Positions 1 to 8,190 of a DNA stretch of 35,399 bases are shown here, piece after piece. A model generated the notes under the pieces. That model was not told where the DNA came from, did not search any database, and saw only the letters and a program-made list of their open reading frames with translations. Position numbers and translations under genes: made by a program. Every line of letters begins with the position of its first letter. Position 1 is the first letter of the stretch. Source of the stretch: a virus; the IMG/VR virus record IMGVR_UViG_3300017769_000046, positions 1 to 35,399 of that record; one strand, written 5' to 3'.

Positions 1-123
1 CACTTGAGTTTACGACTAAAGCAGGATTGCTAAAAGTAGTGCCACCTGCCGTTGTTGATGGTGTAATTTCAAGAGCATTTGCAACGTTTTCTTGTATGGC
101 AATTTGAAAATTAGTATTAGATG
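1..123. repeat. terminal direct repeat copy 1 (circular-contig overlap / terminal redundancy)
   Basis: Read directly: bases 1-123 (cacttgagtttacgactaaagcagg...ttagtattagatg) are identical to 35277-35399. The flanking base 35276 lies before the repeat. Confidence 0.95.
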
Positions 124-3100
124 CAGTTTTAAATATATATTGCGGACTTGTACCACTATGAGTGATGTTCCCCGAACTATCGATGCGAAGACGTTCTGAA
201 GCGTTATTAAAAAATATTGTAGGTAGCGAATCGCTAGTGTTAGCAATAGTAAGTCCGCCAGCGTCAGCTAGAATATAGTTTTCGCTAGAACCATTTTTAC
301 CAAAGGCAAGTATTGAACTAGAAGTTCCGTTTAAAGAAAGGGATACACGATTAGAGGTTGTAAAGAAAGGCGAAGCCGTACCAATACCTACGTTGCCGTT
401 TTCCTGAATACGCATCAACTCAGTGCCATCGTCAGCAGTACCATTTGTTCTAAACCTATAACTAGAACTAGTACTACTATTATCTGAGTCAATCTGAAAA
501 ATCATTGAATCACCAGATATTAACCTACCACCAGCTACGCCTGTTTCTCCTATTTTAATAGTATTATGAACTTCGAGTGTTTGCGATGGCGAAGTCGTAC
601 CAATACCTAAACTTTTTGCACTTCTATCCCAAACCATATCTGCATTTTGAGATACCCCATAGAAGTTGACATCACCTGCACTTGTTATACGCATACGTTC
701 AGTACCGCTTGTATAACTTCTTATTTCACTAACAGTTCCACTTCCTGCTCTTAGCTGTAGTAAGCCACCATTACCATGTTCATTTCCAGAGGCGTGAATT
801 GATGCGCCTCTTGCGTCTCCACTAGCCCCTCCACCACTTATTATTATTTGAGCATTATCTGAGCCATCGCTAGTATCTGTAGATATTAAAGTATTTCCAC
901 TAAATTCAACGTCACCAGTAATCCCTACGTTGCCATCGTTAGTTATATTTAGTGTATCATTCCAGCTACTGCCATTATATTGACCAATTTTAAAAGTTCC
1001 ACTGCCAGGATTATTTAATCGTACATGACCACCTAAATAGAGATAACCAGTTCCAGTTGTTTCAAAAAGCGGAGCCACTACGTCACCTGCAAAAGTTGCG
1101 TTGTCATTTTCTCTAAATAAAGTTAAAACATCTGTTCCGTTTGTTGAGTTATCGTGTCTTTTAATGATAAAATCATTAGCAACTCCGTAATATCCTATAC
1201 TAAAACCATAAGTTGAAGTGCTTTCTTTAAAGTTTATGATACTATTCTTTTCAGCATTAGTTTGTAGAGTTAATGTTCTGTGATCGGATGATCCGTCTCC
1301 TAAGGTGATATCACCTGCAAGAGTTGCGTTACCTGACTCATTAACAACAAACAGTTCGTTGTTATTATTAATACTGTCTTGATTATGACCAATAACAAAC
1401 TTTTCACCAGTATTATTGTTATTACTATCTATATTTATTCTTAAAGAAGCTGGTGTATTAATTATACCATTTGTTAATGAGTTTGGGTCTAAGGTTAATT
1501 TACCATCAATATCTACATTACCACCAACATCAAGAGCATCCCCTATATAAGCATCACCACCTAGATATAGGTCTTTAAATCTCGCACCACTAGCACCTAA
1601 GTCTAAGGCGTTGTCGTTTGCTAAACCTGCTGATGTAGCAGGAACAATGCCAACACCACCAAACGCAAACCTTAAATAAGACTGGTCTGAGCCATTAGTA
1701 GTTCCTATGAATAAATCACCGTTAGCAGTACCAATACTTCCTATTTGTGCACTATCTTTGTAAAATCTTAGTATTTCACCATCGCTATTTAATCTTTTAA
1801 ATAAAGCAGTAAAACCACCATCACGAACTTGATAAGAAGCACCATTGGCAAAAAGAACGTGACCTGCGCCTGTACCAGTATCTGAATCAGCACCCACTAA
1901 TACGGTACCCGAACTATCGATGCGCATTTTTTCGCTACCCGATACTTGAAACTCTATATCTGTTCCAGTAGCATTATTTATTTGTGCATTACCTGTTCCT
2001 GTAGGACCAATGTTTATGCGACTAGCAATATTAGTTCCTACAGATTTCAGCCAAAGAGTATCAGTATAACCAGATGGGGCTTGTAATGTAAGTGGTGTAT
2101 TATTAACTGGCGAATCCGTACCAATACCTACGTTATTGCTAGTATCGATTGTTAGAGCAGTTGTGGAAGCTGTATTGTTATATATACTAAACTTATCATC
2201 AGTTCTTGTATTTACAAACCATGATTGAGCATCATTAGTTAAGTCAAGTTGGGCGGCTCCATTGGCGCCTGCATTTTCTATTTTTAATACTACGCCAGCA
2301 CCTGCTGATGAGGCTTTTACATGTAGTTTACCAACAGGATTAGTAGTACCAATACCTACGTTGCCTTCTTTGTTAATAACCATTCTTTGCTTAATACCGT
2401 TAGATGCTGCACCAGCGGTAGCAAATATTAATTCACCATCTATCCAGTTATTACTATTACCTGTACCAAGAGGAGATCTAGCATAAATACCTGCCATAGA
2501 AGCTTTATAATCTGTACTCCCTGTTTCTCTTTTTGCAAATAAAAGCATAGGTGAGAAACCACCAGCTGTATTATCATCATTGTATAATGTCAATCCAACG
2601 GTATCTGGTCCTGTAGTTGTACTGCTATCAGTGACCATTGTAATTCCTAAAGTTGAAGTATTAGTGACTTTAGGGTCGTAATCAGTGTTATCTACTGATG
2701 TATTTTTTATATATAAATTATTACCACCGTAATTAGTACTCCATGTAGGACCTACATAAAGTTTACCAACAGGATTAGTAGTACCAATACCTACGTTGCC
2801 GTTAGTTATAGCAACATTATCTTCAAAACTTATACGCACGCTACCGTCAAGCCCATAAAGGTCTCTGGTTGTGCTAGTCATTCCTAAAACATTAGTCCCA
2901 TCAGCCTCTCTTAATATGTCTGTTCTTATACGAGTAGCATATAAAACTCTCCACCTATTTGCAGTTCCACCTAAAAACTCAGTGTCATCAGCGTTAGGTA
3001 TTATATCTGCTGAAGTAAGCTGACCAGTAAGCGTACCACCTGTAATTGGTAAAAAGTCAGAAGCAGTAGGTATCGTGTCACTATTAAAGGCGTTGGAACC

Positions 3101-5854
3101 AAGTGTTCTGTATGTAACGTTTTTTCCTTGATCCCACATAAGGGCTACAGTGTTACTAGCACCCTCAGATATACCATTTAAATTTAGCGTATCTATAAAC
3201 GTAGTGGAAGGTATCTCTTGAACCTCAAGGTTATTAAACTCTACAGTTCCGTCATAAGCGATGTAACCTACACCACCCTCTGTAAATGTAGTGTCGTTTA
3301 TTTCACCATTGATAATCTGGTTTCCATCAATATCTACTCGTATCTTTTGACTAATGACTTGTACGGTAACTCTATGCCAGTTACCATCATCTATATCTAC
3401 ACCTGAAATAGCAGTACCATTAACGCCGCCTATAAGATAAGATTGACCTACATTAGTTTGTCTTTTCTGTACTCTTACCGTATTTGAACTGCGTATAATT
3501 ACATTGTAACCATCTTCTGATGGTGAGTTTTGACCATGATAAACTAACCCAAGATGAGTAGCGTTACTAGTCTTAAATGAGAAGGTAGCTATAAAGTTTT
3601 GGTGTTCAGCGTATGGTGTAGTAGCTGCATAAGAACTAGAGCTTTTAACAAACTTAACTGTCTTATCATCTATCCAAGTTGCTGTATAGTTACTACCTGA
3701 TTTTCTCCAACTAGCGTTACCGTTAGTATTTGTAAAAGAACCATCAATGTTTAGGTCATTTGATATATCTACATCACCTCCTGCTTCTATAGTAAGTCTT
3801 GAGGTATTATTAGTTGCGAAGACAAGGTTGCTGTTTTCACGATTCCAAAACACCGCACCTGTAGAGTCATCATACCCTATAGCAACACCATCCGTATCAT
3901 TAAGACCTGTTGCAGTAGTAGTAAACCTTGCTAAGGATAATGATGCTTTATTAATATGAAGTTTTTGAGTAGGAGCATTTAATCCAATACCTACATTTTG
4001 GTTACTTCTTAATATGGTTATAGCATCTAAATCATTTGCAGTATCTGAATCAGTGGCATCGTGCATACCCAAATGCAACTTATTAGCATCACCATCATAA
4101 TAAATATAACCACCCTGAAAGCCTGCGCTAGTAGATGAACCTTCTGTAAATCTTATTCTTCTGTTGCCTGTACCATTTACTGCTGTAGCATCTAAAAATA
4201 AATCACCACCTCTTAACTTTGTATCGCCAGTAAGAATACCACCTGACAATTCAAGATACCTGCTATCTAAGTCAACAGATGTTAAACCAGTAACATGACC
4301 GTAAGTATCTAGCGTTACGTCTTGAATAACTGAACCATTACTATTATCAACAGAAGCCTGAGAGCTGGTGTCAGAATGTGACAGTGTAACCGCCCCTGAT
4401 GTACCACCACCACCAAGACCTGCACCTGCTGTAACTCCAGTTATGTCACCAGCGCCAAACCCAGCATCATTATTAAAGACAGAAATATCTATCTCACTTA
4501 AAGCCTTTCTTTTATTGGTTATACCATCCAGTATAGCTATTTCATCTATGGCTGCTACGTCCTCTGTCATATCTACCAGTCTAGATATGTTTAATGATAG
4601 AGTAGCCACGCCACTTGTTGTACCCCCACTAAGCCCCGAAGTTGTGCTAGTCGCAATTTCAGTAATATCTCCTGCTGCTGACGCAGGCGGAATGTACTCA
4701 AACTGTTTATTAGTTTGATTGTAGCTTAAACTACCTGTACCACTAGCCGCACTTTGAACAACAAGGTTTGCCTTGTCAGGGACAAACTCATCAACTAAAT
4801 TCTTTGAATTTAAACCAGTAACATGACCATAGGTGTCTAGCGTCACATCTTGTATAACGGAAACGCCTGAATTATCTACAGATGATTGTGTACTTGTATC
4901 TGAATGGGTCAAGGTTACTGTGCCTGACGTTCCGCCACCACCAAGACCTGCACCTGCCGTAACGCCTGTGATTGTACCTACGTTTGATGTATAACCAAGA
5001 CCAGTAACATAAGATGCAATGGCTGAGCTAGTCATTATCATTGCATTACTAGAAACAAACCCTTCTGTACTGTCTAGCAACGTGGCGGCACTAAATTGTG
5101 ATGTTGTTAGCCCAGAAACATCAAGCGTAACTGCGCCACTTGTACCCCCACCAGTTAATCCTGTACCTGCCGTAACGCCTGTAATGTCTCCTGCGTTATT
5201 AGTATATCCTGCGCCATTAGTAATGTATTGATTGTCTAATGCCCCACCTTGACCTGTATATGTAGATAATGCAGTATTTTCAACGTTACCAATGCCTAAG
5301 CTAGTTAGTGCCGCAGAACCTGACTCAACACTACCATCTGCCTTCAAGAACTGAGATGAAGTACCGCCACTCTTTACTATTGAAGAACCAGTAATTACGC
5401 CACCACTTATGTTACCTGTGGATGTAAGCGCACCACTTACGTATAACGCATCATCTGTCTGCCATCTATCATTAGTCTCGTTCCATATAAACGATTTGGT
5501 AGCCCCAGTACCTCTTTTTACTTCTATACCAGCATTTTCTGTAGGATTAGTGGTGCTAGTTATGTCTGCATTTAGGGTTATTATAGAATCGCCAATATTG
5601 AGATGTTGCGAATTTATAAATGTGGTAGTTCCAGTGACAGTAAGGTTACCAGCAATAGTTAAGTCGCTAGTAAAAGAAACGGAGGTTGGTATATTGTTAA
5701 AGTCTTGTCTGAGTAATGGAAACCCAGCTTGAGTAGAGCCATCATGAACAACAAGAGTGTTTTTCGTTGTGTCTACTGTTATCTCTCCCTCAGCCCCAGT
5801 AAACGTGCTGTGCTGAGTGGTTGTACCTCTTCTACGTTTTACTTCTGTTGCCAT
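1..5854 (-). CDS. giant tail fibre protein, N-terminal 1951 codons (the ORF leaves the window at base 1 and continues at 35399)
   Basis: Absent from the ORF track because it has no stop on this side of the window. The reverse complement from the ATG at 5854-5852 reads MATEVKRRRGTTTQHSTFTGAEGEITVDTTKNTLVVHDGSTQAGFPLL, a conserved tail-fibre N-terminal motif resembling the Mtd N-terminal domain. I spot-checked the frame (plus-strand triplets starting at positions = 2 mod 3) on the lines starting 1, 1441, 2701, 3181, 3361 and 4501 and found no tta/cta/tca. Frame arithmetic through the overlap: 5854-121 = 5733 = 3 x 1911. Confidence 0.85.
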   Translation of the reverse strand, partial: MATEVKRRRGTTTQHSTFTGAEGEITVDTTKNTLVVHDGSTQAGFPLLRQDFNNIPTSVSFTSDLTIAGNLTVTGTTTFINSQHLNIGDSIITLNADITSTTNPTENAGIEVKRGTGATKSFIWNETNDRWQTDDALYVSGALTSTGNISGGVITGSSIVKSGGTSSQFLKADGSVESGSAALTSLGIGNVENTALSTYTGQGGALDNQYITNGAGYTNNAGDITGVTAGTGLTGGGTSGAVTLDVSGLTTSQFSAATLLDSTEGFVSSNAMIMTSSAIASYVTGLGYTSNVGTITGVTAGAGLGGGGTSGTVTLTHSDTSTQSSVDNSGVSVIQDVTLDTYGHVTGLNSKNLVDEFVPDKANLVVQSAASGTGSLSYNQTNKQFEYIPPASAAGDITEIATSTTSGLSGGTTSGVATLSLNISRLVDMTEDVAAIDEIAILDGITNKRKALSEIDISVFNNDAGFGAGDITGVTAGAGLGGGGTSGAVTLSHSDTSSQASVDNSNGSVIQDVTLDTYGHVTGLTSVDLDSRYLELSGGILTGDTKLRGGDLFLDATAVNGTGNRRIRFTEGSSTSAGFQGGYIYYDGDANKLHLGMHDATDSDTANDLDAITILRSNQNVGIGLNAPTQKLHINKASLSLARFTTTATGLNDTDGVAIGYDDSTGAVFWNRENSNLVFATNNTSRLTIEAGGDVDISNDLNIDGSFTNTNGNASWRKSGSNYTATWIDDKTVKFVKSSSSYAATTPYAEHQNFIATFSFKTSNATHLGLVYHGQNSPSEDGYNVIIRSSNTVRVQKRQTNVGQSYLIGGVNGTAISGVDIDDGNWHRVTVQVISQKIRVDIDGNQIINGEINDTTFTEGGVGYIAYDGTVEFNNLEVQEIPSTTFIDTLNLNGISEGASNTVALMWDQGKNVTYRTLGSNAFNSDTIPTASDFLPITGGTLTGQLTSADIIPNADDTEFLGGTANRWRVLYATRIRTDILREADGTNVLGMTSTTRDLYGLDGSVRISFEDNVAITNGNVGIGTTNPVGKLYVGPTWSTNYGGNNLYIKNTSVDNTDYDPKVTNTSTLGITMVTDSSTTTGPDTVGLTLYNDDNTAGGFSPMLLFAKRETGSTDYKASMAGIYARSPLGTGNSNNWIDGELIFATAGAASNGIKQRMVINKEGNVGIGTTNPVGKLHVKASSAGAGVVLKIENAGANGAAQLDLTNDAQSWFVNTRTDDKFSIYNNTASTTALTIDTSNNVGIGTDSPVNNTPLTLQAPSGYTDTLWLKSVGTNIASRINIGPTGTGNAQINNATGTDIEFQVSGSEKMRIDSSGTVLVGADSDTGTGAGHVLFANGASYQVRDGGFTALFKRLNSDGEILRFYKDSAQIGSIGTANGDLFIGTTNGSDQSYLRFAFGGVGIVPATSAGLANDNALDLGASGARFKDLYLGGDAYIGDALDVGGNVDIDGKLTLDPNSLTNGIINTPASLRINIDSNNNNTGEKFVIGHNQDSINNNNELFVVNESGNATLAGDITLGDGSSDHRTLTLQTNAEKNSIINFKESTSTYGFSIGYYGVANDFIIKRHDNSTNGTDVLTLFRENDNATFAGDVVAPLFETTGTGYLYLGGHVRLNNPGSGTFKIGQYNGSSWNDTLNITNDGNVGITGDVEFSGNTLISTDTSDGSDNAQIIISGGGASGDARGASIHASGNEHGNGGLLQLRAGSGTVSEIRSYTSGTERMRITSAGDVNFYGVSQNADMVWDRSAKSLGIGTTSPSQTLEVHNTIKIGETGVAGGRLISGDSMIFQIDSDNSSTSSSYRFRTNGTADDGTELMRIQENGNVGIGTASPFFTTSNRVSLSLNGTSSSILAFGKNGSSENYILADAGGLTIANTSDSLPTIFFNNASERLRIDSSGNITHSGTSPQYIFKTASNTNFQIAIQENVANALEITPSTTAGGTTFSNPALVVNSS

Positions 5855-5858
5855 AAAT

Positions 5859-6359
5859 TTATACGCTAGGTGCTTGTAAGTAAGTTGGTATTGATGTAAT
5901 GATAGATCTTCCTATAAAATCTAAGTTAGCTGATCCTCTACCGATTTGATTGGTATAAGCTGTTGCTAAATTAAGGTTTTCTGGTATCACCGCAAAGAAA
6001 TTAGGGCTTCCATCACTTAAAGAAATTTCAACATGAGAGTCCCCAGTAGTTACGAGTGCTGATACTAAATCACCTAAAAAAGCAGAGACTGTGCTTGATG
6101 TATAGGACTGACTTCCCTGAGTTTGTTTTTGTGCAGTAGAACTAAGCAGCTTTTGAAATGACAAAGAAACACTTACTCTGTATCCCCTCAAGTTAGACCT
6201 AAGGGTTCCATCTATAGCCTCGTCAAAAGCAGAATTAAAGTTAACTTGACCAATGTCAGCAACCATATTATTAATCGTAAATTTATACTTCCAGTCACTA
6301 GACGAATCAAAATCTTTTTGACGTATCTCTATGCTTGTTATTTTATTAGACAGAGCCAT
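5859..6359 (-). CDS. tail/baseplate-associated protein, paralogue of 6346..6858
   Basis: 166-aa ORF directly upstream of the fibre gene. It shares the block FNSAFDEAIDGTLRSNLRGYR with FNVPFDEAIDGTLRGNFRDFR in the neighbouring ORF. Its start overlaps the neighbour's stop. Confidence 0.6.
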   Translation of the reverse strand: MALSNKITSIEIRQKDFDSSSDWKYKFTINNMVADIGQVNFNSAFDEAIDGTLRSNLRGYRVSVSLSFQKLLSSTAQKQTQGSQSYTSSTVSAFLGDLVSALVTTGDSHVEISLSDGSPNFFAVIPENLNLATAYTNQIGRGSANLDFIGRSIITSIPTYLQAPSV

Positions 6360-6858
6360 AATCTAATTGAGTTGTAACAGTTTCATATATAAACCTATAA
6401 TCACGTTGGTCACCTGCTGCGCTTTCATTTATAAAACGAAAATCTTCAAAGTTCAACGTAATATCAAGACCAAGTTCAAAAGCTGTAAAGTTAATCTTTG
6501 GGACAAATAAGCCATGTTGATTTGCGTATTGAACACGACTTGCAAATCCATTATCTAAAACTACCCTAATTACGTTATCAGTATCAATACCGATATAAAT
6601 AAACTCCGCACCGTTTAAAAGGTCTGTGGCTATGTTATTGCAAATGGATCTGTACGTATCAGGAGTCGTGCATAAATTGTAGGTGAGTCCTATCTTTCTC
6701 CTGAAGTCCCTGAAATTGCCACGTAACGTTCCGTCTATGGCTTCATCGAATGGTACGTTAAAAAACTCTAGTTCGTCTGACTCAGAGTAATTTTGGATGG
6801 TTAGCGTCTGTGTACCGCCTGCATCTGTAATGACTACTATGTTGCTAACCTTAGCCAA
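6346..6858 (-). CDS. tail/baseplate-associated protein, paralogue of 5859..6359
   Basis: 170-aa ORF in the tail module with the shared FDEAIDGTLR block. Confidence 0.6.
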   Translation of the reverse strand: MAKVSNIVVITDAGGTQTLTIQNYSESDELEFFNVPFDEAIDGTLRGNFRDFRRKIGLTYNLCTTPDTYRSICNNIATDLLNGAEFIYIGIDTDNVIRVVLDNGFASRVQYANQHGLFVPKINFTAFELGLDITLNFEDFRFINESAAGDQRDYRFIYETVTTQLDYGSV

Positions 6859-6864
6859 TTTAAT

Positions 6865-8190
6865 TTATATTAAATACGCTTCACAATTTATTACATCATT
6901 CTCTAGGTCATACTCTAACATGGATGGTCTAGCCTTGAGTCCATTCACACTAGGGTGTATGTCACTACCAAACTTAATAAACTGATATGGCTTGAGTGTT
7001 CCAATACCAAATATTTTTAGGTTTATTAAGAATGGGGTTCTGTTGACTTCAGCGTCAGTAGCTATACCCAATGACTTTTTGTAAGAGTCTCTAGCTTGAT
7101 CCGATATATCAGTAACAATAGATGTGGTAAGGGCTGACCCACTAGCCCCACCTGCCGCAATCAATTCCCACTTTTGAGGAGACTCAGTAGTATCAAAAAC
7201 CAATGTGTGCATATCATTCACCTGAACATTTAGGACTACGTCCTGAGAGCCTACTGGGCTAACAATTTCTGTCGTTACCTTACTGAATGGGGTTCCACTA
7301 CTAACCGAATCGTCCCTTATAGCAAATGTTGTATTGAAGTTTTTAACGTTTCGTTTATTAAATGAAGTCCCAAAGTCCTGAAGATTAGATGCTGATAACG
7401 TTGTGAAGTGATCGGAATCAGATTCTGAATTAAAGTTTCTTCTAACATAGAATGCGAAGCCCATCATTGATCCCACAAATGCGCCCTCTATAATAGAAAA
7501 CTTCAATATATTTGTTTGTGCCTTCGCATAAGTGTTTATATCGGTTAAGTCAAACCCTATAACTTTAGTAGAATCACTGCCAGATGGTATTGAAGTAATA
7601 TTGGTTATTGTTTTAGTAAACTTGTGACCAATAATCTTTGTGGTAGGTGATGACCCCTGAGATAACAAAAACCCTTTTATAGCATCTGATGATGTTATTA
7701 GGTTTGGGTCAGCATTACTGCTTGAAGCTGTCGTAACTAACCCCTCTAAAGTCTCACCACTACCTGACCCATAATTTGTTACTTGAACATCATATCTAAG
7801 GGCTGCTTGTGCCTCTATAGTTACCTTTCTTGATACTCTATCATACTTACAACCTGCCTTAGTGCCTATAAAGAAGTCACTACCTGTCGGGGTCGTAACC
7901 TTTATTTGAATAGTGTCATTGTTACCCATTTGATTTATGGTGGTAAAAAGAAGATTACCATCACCCAACTTATCAAATATAGATATAGATATTTTTGATA
8001 GGTTTACCCTGAACTTAGATATATCATCTGAACTTTCTTGGACATCAAAGTCTTGAGATATTTTTGGCATATTAGCCATGAGCATGGTAGTGGTAGCCGT
8101 AGATACACCGCTACCCACTATCTGCACTTCGGCAGAAAATGTGCCAAACCTTCTAGTCACATTACCTGTTGAAGCTACAAATGTACCCAT
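6865..8190 (-). CDS. distal tail / baseplate protein (putative)
   Basis: 441-aa ORF whose ATG overlaps the tape-measure stop (TAATG). The call rests on its position immediately after the tape measure. Confidence 0.5.
   Translation of the reverse strand: MGTFVASTGNVTRRFGTFSAEVQIVGSGVSTATTTMLMANMPKISQDFDVQESSDDISKFRVNLSKISISIFDKLGDGNLLFTTINQMGNNDTIQIKVTTPTGSDFFIGTKAGCKYDRVSRKVTIEAQAALRYDVQVTNYGSGSGETLEGLVTTASSSNADPNLITSSDAIKGFLLSQGSSPTTKIIGHKFTKTITNITSIPSGSDSTKVIGFDLTDINTYAKAQTNILKFSIIEGAFVGSMMGFAFYVRRNFNSESDSDHFTTLSASNLQDFGTSFNKRNVKNFNTTFAIRDDSVSSGTPFSKVTTEIVSPVGSQDVVLNVQVNDMHTLVFDTTESPQKWELIAAGGASGSALTTSIVTDISDQARDSYKKSLGIATDAEVNRTPFLINLKIFGIGTLKPYQFIKFGSDIHPSVNGLKARPSMLEYDLENDVINCEAYLI

Noticed and set aside
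1-123. 123-bp end duplication as genuine direct terminal repeats (T7-like DTR)
   Set aside because: It lies in the middle of a coding frame that reads through the junction and has no terminase-site-like features. Assembly overlap of a circular or permuted genome is the simpler explanation, although it cannot be excluded without read data.
16-5732. Track ORFs 16..246(-), 2262..2486(+), 3218..3406(+), 3747..3959(+), 4368..4718(+), 5019..5231(+) and 5409..5732(+)
   Set aside because: All lie inside the long open minus-strand fibre frame, either antisense to it or in another frame. Their products are low-complexity P/V/S/L-rich shadows of a G/T/S/N-rich gene, so they are not independent genes.
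5720-5854. Mtd-like N-terminal motif in the fibre, hinting at a diversity-generating retroelement
   Set aside because: No reverse-transcriptase ORF and no template/variable repeat pair with adenine-specific differences is visible anywhere in the genome. The internal fibre repeats differ at all base types.
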